Of a DNA stretch of 60,346 nucleotides, positions 37,212 through 47,063 are shown in pieces. A program made the translations under genes and the position numbers. Source of the stretch: Sulfurimonadaceae bacterium (GTDB lineage Bacteria > Campylobacterota > Campylobacteria > Campylobacterales > Sulfurimonadaceae); contig JBFFUI010000009.1 of assembly GCA_041571435.1 (NCBI GenBank), positions 1 through 60,346 of the forward strand. The letters are read 5' to 3'. Each line of letters begins with the position of its first letter. Positions within the stretch are counted from its first letter, which is position 1. The notes beneath the pieces are model-generated. The model was not told the DNA's origin and searched no databases. It saw only the letters and a program-made list of their open reading frames with translations.

Positions 37212-38194
37212 ATTACGATGATGCATTCAAGGCCTTTACATCACTGTTTAACCATGAGATGAGCGATTCAGAGATGCGTGCATTTTTGATCTCAATGCGG
37301 CTTGATGAAAACACCTCAGTCGATGCTCTGGCAGCTGCGGCGACGGTTATGCGTTCGAACGCAATAGCACTGCCTGTCTCTGAAGAACTCCGTCCGAAAC
37401 TGCTTGACGTCGTCGGTACCGGCGGTGACAAGATCGGCAGTTTCAACATCTCCTCTACGGTAGCGCTGTTATGTGCATCCATGGGATCATACGTTGCCAA
37501 GCATGGCAGCCGTTCGATCACCTCTAAGTCCGGTAGTGCCGATATGTTTGAATCGCTGGGTGTACGGCTCGACTTGAGCATCGAACAGAGTGCCAGACTG
37601 CTTGAAGAGTGCGGTTTTACGTTTATGTTCGCACAGAACCATCACCCGGCAATGAAGTTTATCATGCCGGTTCGCAAATCTATTAGCGAAAAGACAATCT
37701 TTAACGTTTTGGGGCCGTTGACCAACCCTGCCGGCGTAGAGAAGATTATGCTGGGCGTCTTTGATAAGTCTTTTGTACCTAAGATCGCCAAAGCATTACA
37801 GATCAATAAAGTAAAATCGGCGATGGTTGTAAGCTCCAGAGAGAAGATGGATGAGATCAGTATATCGGACATCAGTTATGCTGCTCGCGTGACAGAAGCG
37901 GGTATTGAGGAATACGAAATCGACCCACTGCTCTATGGGATAAAACGTCAACCGCTTGAGGCGATCATAGGCGGTGATGCAGATGAAAATGCAAAGATAT
38001 TGCACGATATCTTTGAAAACAGAGCTACGGATGCTCAGCGCGATATCGTTATGATAAACGCAGCCAACGCTTTTATTGTTGACGGTAAGGCACGTGATAT
38101 TCAAGAAGGCCTTGAACTTGCAAAAGAGGCCCTATTGAGTGGTAAAGCCAAGGAAAAACTGGAAGAGATTATTCGAGTGAGCCAAAAACTTTGA
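37208..38194 (+). CDS. trpD: Anthranilate phosphoribosyltransferase
   Basis: VGTGGD, FNISS, KHGSRS, SGSAD and FNVLGPLTNP motifs. Confidence 0.96.
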   Translation: MNYDDAFKAFTSLFNHEMSDSEMRAFLISMRLDENTSVDALAAAATVMRSNAIALPVSEELRPKLLDVVGTGGDKIGSFNISSTVALLCASMGSYVAKHGSRSITSKSGSADMFESLGVRLDLSIEQSARLLEECGFTFMFAQNHHPAMKFIMPVRKSISEKTIFNVLGPLTNPAGVEKIMLGVFDKSFVPKIAKALQINKVKSAMVVSSREKMDEISISDISYAARVTEAGIEEYEIDPLLYGIKRQPLEAIIGGDADENAKILHDIFENRATDAQRDIVMINAANAFIVDGKARDIQEGLELAKEALLSGKAKEKLEEIIRVSQKL

Positions 38195-38607
38195 GTAAAT
38201 TAGTATGTTCTCTTGACCAACTGCAGTCTGTCAGTGAGGCGATCGTAAAAGCACTGCCTGATGGCGGCGTCGTTATTCTTCAGGGTACATTGGCGGCAGG
38301 CAAAACGACGCTGACACAGGCATTTGCGAAGTATCTTGGGCTACGTGAGCCTGTGACTTCGCCGACGTTTTCACTGCAGCAGTGTTACGGGGACAGACTC
38401 TATCACTATGATATCTACAACCAGGGACTCGACCATTTCCTCGCCTTGGGTATGCTTGAAGAGTTGGAAAAGAGCGGGTATCATCTCATTGAGTGGGGCG
38501 ATGCATCACTGGCCGAACTTTTAAAAAGTGCGCAGATACCGACGATTATCGTTACAATAACAAAGTCAGATGAAAAGAGAAGAATCTATAGGATTGAAAA
38601 TGCATAG
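38191..38607 (+). CDS. tsaE: tRNA t6A biosynthesis ATPase TsaE
   Basis: GTLAAGKTT, VTSPTF, HYDIY and LIEW motifs. Confidence 0.93.
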   Translation: MSKLVCSLDQLQSVSEAIVKALPDGGVVILQGTLAAGKTTLTQAFAKYLGLREPVTSPTFSLQQCYGDRLYHYDIYNQGLDHFLALGMLEELEKSGYHLIEWGDASLAELLKSAQIPTIIVTITKSDEKRRIYRIENA

Positions 38608-39322
38608 TTTAGTAGCCAAAGACCTTATAAAGACGATCAAAGGGACGGAGATCGTTCGCGGCATGTCGCTTGAGGTCAGATCGGGTGAAGTCGTCGGACT
38701 GCTTGGCCCCAATGGGGCAGGTAAGACGACCAGCTTTTATATGATCTGTGGTCTTGTCGAGATGACGGGCGGCACGGTTCTTTTGGACGGTGAAGATATC
38801 TCACATATGCCCCTTCATGAACGTGCCGTAAAAGGTATCGGTTACCTGCCGCAAGAGGCCTCCATCTTTAAAGACCTGACAGTCGAAGAGAACCTGATGG
38901 TGGCGGCCCAGGTCAGTATCAAAGATAAAAAAGCGCAGTATGAACGTATTGAAGAGCTGCTGGACATGTTCAATATTGAGCCGATCCGTTACCGTAAAGG
39001 GATCTCCCTTTCAGGCGGTGAACGACGTCGTGCAGAGATCGCGCGTGCGCTGATCAAGTCACCGCGGTTTTTACTGCTTGACGAACCATTTGCAGGTGTC
39101 GACCCTCTGGCTGTCAATGACATTCAGGAGGTTATCCATCAACTCGTGCAGTATGATATCGGGGTACTGATCACGGACCACAATGTCCGTGAGACGCTCG
39201 ATGTCTGTGACAGAGCCTATGTTATTAAAAGCGGTTCGCTGCTGGCGTCAGGTACCAGCGAAGAGATCGGCCAGAATGAAGATGTCCGTAAACATTACCT
39301 GGGCGAATCGTTTAAACTCTAA
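38600..39322 (+). CDS. lptB: LPS export ABC transporter ATPase LptB
   Basis: GPNGAGKT, YLPQEASIF, LSGGERRRAEIAR, LDEPFAGVDP and ITDHNVRETL motifs. Confidence 0.96.
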   Translation: MHSLVAKDLIKTIKGTEIVRGMSLEVRSGEVVGLLGPNGAGKTTSFYMICGLVEMTGGTVLLDGEDISHMPLHERAVKGIGYLPQEASIFKDLTVEENLMVAAQVSIKDKKAQYERIEELLDMFNIEPIRYRKGISLSGGERRRAEIARALIKSPRFLLLDEPFAGVDPLAVNDIQEVIHQLVQYDIGVLITDHNVRETLDVCDRAYVIKSGSLLASGTSEEIGQNEDVRKHYLGESFKL

Positions 39323-39327
39323 ACACT

Positions 39328-40089
39328 ATGTTGTCCAAGAGACTTGCGGCGGTTAAAGAACGTTTGGACAGCGAAGTCGCCAAGCGAAACAGCCCCGAAG
39401 AACTTCACCTTTCACGACCGGATCCCATAATGCCGGCCCGTGAGCACCATGATGAGTATATAGCACTGTTGTGTGCACTGTTCGGCTACGGCAGGGCAGA
39501 CAGTATCATCAGGTTCCTCTACTCTTTGGACTTTTCCCTTCTTGATAGCACTGAAATAGAGATGGAAAAAGTACTTAGGCCATTTTATTACCGTTTTCAA
39601 AACGGCGATGATGTCATCGAGATATTCAGGACACTGCACCGAATGAAGAAGGAGAACAGTCTTGAAGCGTTCTTTTATGAGGGGTACAAAGCAGAACAGA
39701 GCGTTGTTTCGGGCCTAAACACCGTTATTGGTCATATGCAGCATGCCAATCCCTACGCTAGCCGAGGATACAATTTTTTGATCGGCCAAAAAGTGACCAA
39801 GACCAAAGGCAACTCGGCGATGAAGCGCTGGATGATGTACCTGCGCTGGATGGTACGACAAGACAACATCGATATGGGGCTGTGGTCAAAGATCGATCAA
39901 AAAGACCTGATAGTGCCGCTTGATACACACACCTTTAACGTCTCTAAAAAGCTGGGGCTTTTACAACGGAAAACCTATGATCTGGAAGCGGCACTGGAGT
40001 TGACACAGACACTCAAAAGTTTCGATCACAACGATCCGATCAAGTATGATTTTGCGCTCTACCGTATTGGTCAGGAGAAAATGTTATAA
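39328..40089 (+). CDS. TIGR02757/DUF2400 family protein
   Basis: PDP, YYRFQ, SAMKRWMMYLRWMVR, PLDTH and DPIKYDFAL motifs. Confidence 0.88.
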   Translation: MLSKRLAAVKERLDSEVAKRNSPEELHLSRPDPIMPAREHHDEYIALLCALFGYGRADSIIRFLYSLDFSLLDSTEIEMEKVLRPFYYRFQNGDDVIEIFRTLHRMKKENSLEAFFYEGYKAEQSVVSGLNTVIGHMQHANPYASRGYNFLIGQKVTKTKGNSAMKRWMMYLRWMVRQDNIDMGLWSKIDQKDLIVPLDTHTFNVSKKLGLLQRKTYDLEAALELTQTLKSFDHNDPIKYDFALYRIGQEKML

Positions 40090-40118
40090 TCGCGTAATTA
40101 TTACGTTTAGGAGTATGT

Positions 40119-40553
40119 ATGGAGTGTGAATTCCCGACGATCAATGCCAATAAGGATCAGATGAAAGCGATCTTTGAAAGTGTGAAAACCATTGCCGTGC
40201 TAGGCCTCTCTCCTGACGAGAGCAAAGACAGCAACAGGGTTGCACGATACCTGCAGAGTGTCGGCTATAAGATCATCCCTGTTTATCCAAAAGCAGATGC
40301 AGACATACTGGGCGAAAAGGTCTATACTTCGTTGGCAGAGGTGCCGGGTCAGGTTGATATGATCAACATCTTCCGTAAACCCGCTGCTCTGGATGCTATT
40401 GCAGATGCAGCGATCGCCCGTGGCGATGTCAAAGTGTTCTGGTCGCAAATAGGGATCGTCAACAACGCTGCGGCACAAAAAGCTGAAGATGCCGGAATGA
40501 CGGTTGTCCAGAACTACTGCTCGATGGTAGAACACCGAAAACTATTAGGATAA
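40119..40553 (+). CDS. CoA-binding protein (YccU-like)
   Basis: TIAVLGLS, IIPVYP, VDMINIFR and WSQIGI motifs. Confidence 0.9.
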   Translation: MECEFPTINANKDQMKAIFESVKTIAVLGLSPDESKDSNRVARYLQSVGYKIIPVYPKADADILGEKVYTSLAEVPGQVDMINIFRKPAALDAIADAAIARGDVKVFWSQIGIVNNAAAQKAEDAGMTVVQNYCSMVEHRKLLG

Positions 40554-40556
40554 AAA

Positions 40557-41768
40557 TTGTTTCCATTAGAAAAGATTCAACAGGCACACCAGCGGATTAA
40601 AGATGTCGTCGTTCACACACCCTTCTCTTATGCACCGTTTTTAAGCGAAGAGAGCGGAGTAGAGGTCTATCTGAAAAAAGAGAATCTTCAGATGACGGGG
40701 GCATTCAAACTGCGCGGAGCATTTAACAAGATCGCCTCATTGAGTGATGCGGAGCGTGCCAAAGGCGTCGTTGCGGCCAGTGCAGGAAACCATGCCCAGG
40801 GCGTGGCTTATTCGGCACAGCACTTCGGTATCAAAGCGGTTATAGTCATGCCGGATTCGACACCGCTTACCAAGATCAACGGTGTCCGCCATTTCGGTGC
40901 AGAGGTTATCCTGGCGGGCAGTAACTATGATGAAGCGTACGCTTATGCTACCACATATGGCGACGATAACGGTCTTGTTTTTGTACACCCTTTTGAGGAT
41001 GAAGAGGTCATGGCTGGGCAAGGTACGCTTGCTTTGGAGATTCTCGAACAGGCAGATGATCTTGATGCCGTTATTGTCCCTGTCGGCGGCGGCGGTCTGA
41101 TCTCCGGTGTTGCAGGTGCAATCAAGGGGATCAACCCTGCGATCGAAGTGATCGGTGTCAGTGCAGCCGGTGCACCGGCGTTAAAACAGTCATTTGATGC
41201 CAAGACACCTATTGACACAACGTCAGTACGTACCATAGCCGACGGTATCGCCGTCAGAGACTGCTCGCCTATTACTCTGAATTATATGCTCGAGAGTGTG
41301 GACACCTTTATAACCGTTGATGACAGAGAAATCGCAAGTGCTATCTTGTTCTTGCTGGAAAAACAGAAACTTGTTGTCGAAGGTGCCGGTGCTGTGGGCG
41401 TCGCAGCTCTTTTACATAAGAAACTGCCGCATCTCAAAGGGAAAAAAGTTGCCGTTGTCTTAAGCGGCGGCAATGTCGATGTAACACTGCTCTCGGTGAT
41501 TATTGAAAAAGGTCTTATCAAGTCACACCGCAAGCTCAAGTTGACAGTGACCCTGGTCGACAAGCCGGGTTCTTTGATGATGTTGACACATCTTTTGAAA
41601 GACCTTAACGCCAATATTGTGCACATCGCCTATGACCGTACTTCGACCGATCTTGAATACGGAGATGCCAATGTCACGATTCACCTTGAAACCAAGGGAG
41701 AAGAGCATCAAAAAGAGATCATCAACACACTCCACGACAACGGCTATCTAAGCAGCGAATTCCATTAA
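40557..41768 (+). CDS. ilvA: Threonine ammonia-lyase with C-terminal ACT domain
   Basis: GAFKLRGA (PLP Lys), SAGNHAQG, VGGGGL and ACT DKPG motifs. Confidence 0.95.
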   Translation: MFPLEKIQQAHQRIKDVVVHTPFSYAPFLSEESGVEVYLKKENLQMTGAFKLRGAFNKIASLSDAERAKGVVAASAGNHAQGVAYSAQHFGIKAVIVMPDSTPLTKINGVRHFGAEVILAGSNYDEAYAYATTYGDDNGLVFVHPFEDEEVMAGQGTLALEILEQADDLDAVIVPVGGGGLISGVAGAIKGINPAIEVIGVSAAGAPALKQSFDAKTPIDTTSVRTIADGIAVRDCSPITLNYMLESVDTFITVDDREIASAILFLLEKQKLVVEGAGAVGVAALLHKKLPHLKGKKVAVVLSGGNVDVTLLSVIIEKGLIKSHRKLKLTVTLVDKPGSLMMLTHLLKDLNANIVHIAYDRTSTDLEYGDANVTIHLETKGEEHQKEIINTLHDNGYLSSEFH

Positions 41769-41820
41769 AACACTCTTCTTGTCAATGGCGATCGCCATCG
41801 GCACTCCGTAAAGGCATATC

Positions 41821-42723
41821 ATGATAACGATCGATCTCGGTTCAAACAGTTTTCGCTGTATAGAGTACGACTGTGCGACAAAACGGTTTGGACGCAGTTT
41901 TGAGCGCATCGTCAAAACGGCAGATAAGATGCATGAGACCGGTCTGATCAGCGAAGATGCTGTTACGAGGGTTGTTACGGCCCTTAAAGAGGCCGATGAA
42001 GCGTTGGGCCTTAAAGATACTCCTGTCAAAGCGGTGACAACGCAGGCAATGCGTATGGCAAGCAATGCAGAAGAGGCTCTTGCCCATATCAGAGAAGAGA
42101 CAGGGGTTGTGTTTGAGATCATTGATGCTGACGATGAGGCCTACTATACGCTGATCGCGGTAGAAGAACGCCTAAGATCTTTGCAGATAGAGAGCGGGCA
42201 TTTCGTCCTTATCGATGTCGGTGGCGGTTCGACCGAGATCATTTTTTCCAACAACGGCACGATGGAGAGTCGAAGTTTTCCTATCGGTATCGTGACGACG
42301 GCACAGATCTGTGACGAACATCGAGACATCCATCACTATCTGGATGAACAGTTTCGTGACCTTGTCCGTTACATAAGTGACTACTATGCTCAAGCAGGCA
42401 GACCCGACGCCTTCGTCGCGACTGCGGGCACACCGACTACGATGGCTGCCTATCTGCTGGGAATGAACTATCAGAACTATGATGTTGACAAGATCAATGG
42501 CTATAGACTCTCTTTGGAAGGGACACAGCAGGCTCTTGACGGTCTGATGGCCATGTCCGAAGAGAAAAGGGCAGAGATCGTAGGTGTGGGACGGGAGAGT
42601 CTTATCCTGGCCGGCATTGTCATTGTCCAAAAACTTTACGGCGTTTTGGGATTTGACGAAGCAGTCGTTATTGATGACGGGGTTCGTGAAGGCGTCGCCA
42701 TAGACTATTGCCGAAATCTTTGA
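41821..42723 (+). CDS. Ppx/GppA family phosphatase
   Basis: IDLGSNS, DVGGGSTE, TAGT and GVREG motifs. Confidence 0.9.
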   Translation: MITIDLGSNSFRCIEYDCATKRFGRSFERIVKTADKMHETGLISEDAVTRVVTALKEADEALGLKDTPVKAVTTQAMRMASNAEEALAHIREETGVVFEIIDADDEAYYTLIAVEERLRSLQIESGHFVLIDVGGGSTEIIFSNNGTMESRSFPIGIVTTAQICDEHRDIHHYLDEQFRDLVRYISDYYAQAGRPDAFVATAGTPTTMAAYLLGMNYQNYDVDKINGYRLSLEGTQQALDGLMAMSEEKRAEIVGVGRESLILAGIVIVQKLYGVLGFDEAVVIDDGVREGVAIDYCRNL

Positions 42724-42830
42724 TCTTGCTCCAAGCAGATGAAAGTACCGGATGCCGAAGCATGTATATTAAATTAATTTGAAAGAAAAATCCATCCCGC
42801 TATTTAACAAAAAATATAGCTAACATTGCC

Positions 42831-42869
42831 TATAATAGGCGAATTTTTTCATCTCCGGTGTTCCGGAGA
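42831..42869 (+). promoter_or_regulatory. sigma70 -10 box and 5'-UTR hairpin of ilvB
   Basis: TATAAT at 42831-42836; TCTCCGG-TGTT-CCGGAGA at 42852-42869. Confidence 0.55.
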
Positions 42870-42911
42870 ATCAATCGATTTTGATTGAATTATATTTTTT
42901 GAGGAGTCGCT

Positions 42912-44612
42912 ATGCAGATCAGCGGAGCGCAGATGGTCATCGAGGCATTGATCGCCGAAGATGTAAACACCGTTTTTGGGTACCCTGGCGGGGCTATAAT
43001 GAACGTTTATGATGAGATCTACAAGCAGGACGGTTTTGAACACATCCTGACACGTCATGAACAAGCTGCAATACATGCAGCAGAGGGGTACGCAAAAGTC
43101 ACCGGCAAAGTCGGTGTCGCGATGATCACTTCCGGCCCAGGTTTTACCAATGCGGTAACCGGTCTTGCTGATGCGTTTATGGACTCTATCCCGATGGTCG
43201 TCATCTCCGGTCAGGTCCCGATGTCGCTTATCGGTACCGATGCGTTCCAGGAGATTGATGCTGTCGGTATCAGCCGCTCTTGTACAAAACACAACTACCT
43301 TGTCACGGATGCAAAAGACCTGCCACGTATTTTGAAAGAGGCCTTTTATATCGCCTCGACAGGCCGTCCGGGTCCTGTCCATGTCGACATCCCTAAAGAT
43401 GTTACGGCGCAGATCGAAGAGTTCGTCTACCCGGAAGAGGTCGATATCCCGACATATAAGCCGCATATCAAAGGCAACAGACGCCAGATGAAAAAGGCGG
43501 TTGACGCGATCGCTGAGGCAAAACGTCCGCTTTTCTATCTTGGTGGCGGTATTATCAACTCGAATGCGGCGGAAGAGGTCCGTCACTTTGTCAAGATGAC
43601 AGGTATCCCTGCGGTCGAGACCTTTATGGCACGCGGTACACTGCGTCATGATGATCCGCTTCTTATCTCCATGCTGGGTATGCACGGTTCATACGCTGCC
43701 AACATGGCGATGAGCGAAACGGATCTGGTTATCGCACTGGGTGCCCGTTTTGATGACCGTGTAACCGGTAAGCTTTCGGAGTTTGCAAAATATGCCGATG
43801 TCATTCATGTCGATATCGATCCGGCAAGCATCTCTAAGCTTGTCAATGCCGATTATCCGATCGTTGGCGATGTTAAAGGCGTTGTTGCGGATATGATCGA
43901 ATTGGCAAAAGAGAAGGTCGATGCAAAGCGCTACGCCCCTTGGCTGGAGACGGTCGAACATTTCGATAAACTGCACCCCCTGCGCTACATCGAAGATACG
44001 GACAATATCAAGCCCCAGTGGGTCATTGAACGTGTCGGCGAACTGCTCGGTGATGATGCCAATATCTCTACCGATGTCGGACAGCACCAGATGTGGGCAG
44101 CGCAGTTCTATCCGTTTACGCGCCCTCGTCAATGGGTCAGTTCAGGCGGTCTTGGTACGATGGGCTTCGGCTTTCCTGCTGCATTGGGTGTCAAACGCGG
44201 TGCGATGGATAAGGTCAGTATCAACTTTACCGGCGACGGCTCGATCCTGATGAACATCCAGGAGCTGATGACGGCTGTCGAGAAAAAGCTCCCGGTCATC
44301 AACATTATCCTCAACAACAACTATTTGGGGATGGTACGCCAGTGGCAGACGCTCTTTTATGACAAACGTCACTCTGAGACAGACCTCTCTGTGCAGCCTG
44401 ACTTTGTCAAGCTTGCTGAGAGTTTCGGCGGCATCGGCTATTGCGTTTCAACAAAAGAGGCGTTCGATGCGGCGCTTAAAGACGCTGTAGAGAAAAACGT
44501 TGTGGCCATTATCGATGTCAAGGTCGAGCGTCTGGAAAATGTTCTTCCGATGGTACCGTCGGGCGGATCACTGTTCAACATGATGTTGCTAGAAAACAAG
44601 AAGGAGTCATAA
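42912..44612 (+). CDS. ilvB: Acetolactate synthase large subunit
   Basis: FGYPGG, RHEQ, TSGPG, GDGS..MNIQEL and LGMVRQWQ motifs. Confidence 0.97.
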   Translation: MQISGAQMVIEALIAEDVNTVFGYPGGAIMNVYDEIYKQDGFEHILTRHEQAAIHAAEGYAKVTGKVGVAMITSGPGFTNAVTGLADAFMDSIPMVVISGQVPMSLIGTDAFQEIDAVGISRSCTKHNYLVTDAKDLPRILKEAFYIASTGRPGPVHVDIPKDVTAQIEEFVYPEEVDIPTYKPHIKGNRRQMKKAVDAIAEAKRPLFYLGGGIINSNAAEEVRHFVKMTGIPAVETFMARGTLRHDDPLLISMLGMHGSYAANMAMSETDLVIALGARFDDRVTGKLSEFAKYADVIHVDIDPASISKLVNADYPIVGDVKGVVADMIELAKEKVDAKRYAPWLETVEHFDKLHPLRYIEDTDNIKPQWVIERVGELLGDDANISTDVGQHQMWAAQFYPFTRPRQWVSSGGLGTMGFGFPAALGVKRGAMDKVSINFTGDGSILMNIQELMTAVEKKLPVINIILNNNYLGMVRQWQTLFYDKRHSETDLSVQPDFVKLAESFGGIGYCVSTKEAFDAALKDAVEKNVVAIIDVKVERLENVLPMVPSGGSLFNMMLLENKKES

Positions 44613-45082
44613 TGCAAGATGAAAGAAGAGTAATTTCTGTTATTGTTGCAAATGAGGCAAGTGCGCTTTCGCGTATCTCCGGGCTCTTTTCTGCACGCGG
44701 TTACAACGTTGTCTCGCTGACGGTCGCTCCGATCCCCGACAGCGACTATTCACGTCTGACCATCGTTACGATCGGGTCGGTCCGGGTTATCGAGCAGATC
44801 ACCAAGCAGTTGCACAAGCTTATTCCTGTTCTTCGTGTCTCCGACACACAGGAGATGATCGAAAAAGAGATGGTGCTAGTCAAGTTCCCTATCTCCGAGG
44901 ACCTGAGTGATATCTCTGTTCTGTCCAATGCGTACAACGGTAAGATTGTGAATGTCGGTACAGACACGATCATCGTGATGGTCGCGGACGAACCTAATCG
45001 CGTTGAACACTTTTTGACAGCGATCAAACGTTTCAATCCGATTGAGATCGTTCGCGGCGGTACTGTCGCCATTGAACGATAA
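44612..45082 (+). CDS. ilvN: Acetolactate synthase small subunit
   Basis: ACT domain LSRISGLFSARGYN and EQITKQLHKL; coupled to ilvB. Confidence 0.95.
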   Translation: MQDERRVISVIVANEASALSRISGLFSARGYNVVSLTVAPIPDSDYSRLTIVTIGSVRVIEQITKQLHKLIPVLRVSDTQEMIEKEMVLVKFPISEDLSDISVLSNAYNGKIVNVGTDTIIVMVADEPNRVEHFLTAIKRFNPIEIVRGGTVAIER

Positions 45083-45098
45083 AAAGGTGAGGAGACTG

Positions 45099-46058
45099 AT
45101 GATAGAGCTCAATGATTTGACACAACAGATCGGTGCTGACTATACAGGCAAGTCTATTACTGTCTCTGCACTCAATACACTCAGTGCTGCTACAGGCAGT
45201 GAACTGAGCTTCCTCGAGAACAAAAAATACGTAGATCAACTCCAAAAGACAAAAGCAGGGGCTGTTTTCGTCACGTTGGACATGGCTGAGTATGTTCCTG
45301 AGACATCGATCGCTGTTGTGGTGGATGAACCCTACCTCTCACTCGCAAAAGCAAGTAAATATTTTGCACCACCGCTTGTAGATTTAGAAGCACCGGCTGC
45401 GGTGGTAGGCGAGGGCAGCTACATTGCTGAGGGTGCCAATCTGGCCAATGGTGCTGTTATAGGTAGAAACTGCACCGTTATGCCAGGTGCCTATATCGGC
45501 CGTAGTGCTGTGATCGGTGACAATACGATCATCCACGCTAATGTCTCTGTTTATCATGACTGTAAAGTGGGTTCCAACTGCATCATTCATGCATCAACAG
45601 TCATCGGCAGTGACGGTTTCGGTTTTGCGACCACCAAGATGGGAACCCATGTCAAGATCTACCAAAACGGCAATGTTGTTATTCAAGACGATGTCGAGAT
45701 CGGCTCATGTACGACGATTGATAGGGCTGCATTTGGAACGACACTGATCAAAGAGGGGTCGCGCATTGACAACCTGGTACAGGTCGGACATAACTGTGTG
45801 ATCGGAGAGTACTCGGTACTTGTCTCACAGTCAGGTCTGGCCGGCTCGACCGAGTTGGGTCGAAATGTCGTATTGGGTGGACAGGCTGCTGCCGCAGGAC
45901 ACCTTATGATCGCGCCATTTACTACCTTTGCAGCACGTTCAGGTATTACCAATGATGTCAAAGAGAGTCACAAGGTCTATGGCGGTTTTCCGTTAATGGA
46001 ACAGCGTTCATGGCTAAAACTGCAGGCCAAGCTGGCCCGTTTACTGAAGTCCAAGTAG
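45099..46058 (+). CDS. lpxD: UDP-3-O-acylglucosamine N-acyltransferase
   Basis: Hexapeptide repeats, IGSDGFGF, TTIDR and IDNLVQVGHN motifs; GAGGAG RBS before ATG 45099. Confidence 0.96.
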   Translation: MIELNDLTQQIGADYTGKSITVSALNTLSAATGSELSFLENKKYVDQLQKTKAGAVFVTLDMAEYVPETSIAVVVDEPYLSLAKASKYFAPPLVDLEAPAAVVGEGSYIAEGANLANGAVIGRNCTVMPGAYIGRSAVIGDNTIIHANVSVYHDCKVGSNCIIHASTVIGSDGFGFATTKMGTHVKIYQNGNVVIQDDVEIGSCTTIDRAAFGTTLIKEGSRIDNLVQVGHNCVIGEYSVLVSQSGLAGSTELGRNVVLGGQAAAAGHLMIAPFTTFAARSGITNDVKESHKVYGGFPLMEQRSWLKLQAKLARLLKSK

Positions 46059-46154
46059 ATAATTTTTTTTATTTACGATAGGCACTTCTGCGAAATAATA
46101 TTTCTTCAAGAAAAAAGCGCTACACTATTGCATATTCACAAACAAGGAAAAGCA

Positions 46155-46376
46155 ATGAGCGGTAAAATGACTCTTGAAACGACTCTCCCGTTAGAAGGGA
46201 CACAAAACGGTGTTATCTCTATTTCAAAGATCGATGAGCCCTATGGTGCCGGTTCAAATACGGTGGCCAGTATCGGTATCTCTTTAGCGGGTAATGCCGA
46301 TGATCCGGAGTGGAAAGTGCATTTGCCTTTGGGTAATCTGGATGCCGTTATCGAAGCCCTTCAAAAACTGCAATAA
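46155..46376 (+). CDS. Small hypothetical protein
   Basis: AAGGA RBS before MSGKMT; hairpin TTGCACCT/AGGTGCAG just downstream. Confidence 0.75.
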   Translation: MSGKMTLETTLPLEGTQNGVISISKIDEPYGAGSNTVASIGISLAGNADDPEWKVHLPLGNLDAVIEALQKLQ

Positions 46377-46512
46377 TCTTTCTTGCACCTTGTTTGAGGT
46401 GCAGGCGAGACCCGATATTTATATCTAAATAAATCATTTTTTTCAACAAAATAATACAGCGTAATTACAGACGAACTGATCTATACTTTAAAATCAGACA
46501 TCTGGATTACTT

Positions 46513-47028
46513 ATGAAAGCTTGGCTAATTATAGTTTTTTTGATTACGCTTGTTACTGTTATAACGTTGTATATGCTCCCGCATGCCAAAGCAGAACACA
46601 TCATGACCTTTCCAAAATGGAAAGAGAGTTATGACCTTACCAGAGGGGTGATAGAATCAGATGCGCATAATGCCTACGTTGAGATACTTATGAATAAAAA
46701 AGCAGTAGCCGCCTACAGAGAAGTCAAATCGTTTTTTCCGGTCGGCTCAAAGCTCTATAAACCGCTCTACAGTGACTTCGAAGGCAAAAAATTTGCGCGT
46801 CTCGTCATTATGGTCAAGATGGAAGAGGGGTATGATCCTGACAACGGTGACTGGTGGTACGGCGTGTACGATGAGAGCGGCACCAAAATGACTTACCAAG
46901 GGCGTATCCCGGAATGTATCAGTTGTCATGCTATGGCAAAAGAGACAGACTATCTGTTTTCTCGCAGTGTTATGAAGAAGCTAGGTGGTATTGATACCAA
47001 TGAGTTTGAAGAGTATTTGGAGGATTGA
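46513..47028 (+). CDS. Cytochrome P460/c'-beta family protein
   Basis: N-terminal hydrophobic anchor, FPVGSKLYK, MVK, GDWWY and C-terminal CISCH heme motif. Confidence 0.85.
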   Translation: MKAWLIIVFLITLVTVITLYMLPHAKAEHIMTFPKWKESYDLTRGVIESDAHNAYVEILMNKKAVAAYREVKSFFPVGSKLYKPLYSDFEGKKFARLVIMVKMEEGYDPDNGDWWYGVYDESGTKMTYQGRIPECISCHAMAKETDYLFSRSVMKKLGGIDTNEFEEYLED

Positions 47029-47030
47029 AG

Positions 47031-47054
47031 CACTAAAGGGCAGGCCCCTTAGCG
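47031..47054 (-). terminator. Hairpin between the convergent cytochrome and aminotransferase genes
   Basis: Minus strand GCTAAGGGG-CCTG-CCCTTTAGT. Confidence 0.5.
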
Positions 47055-47063
47055 TATGTAAAA

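Noticed and set aside
42836-42911. ilv leader-peptide attenuator
   Set aside because: No Leu/Ile/Val-rich leader ORF and no U-tailed terminator; only a short hairpin
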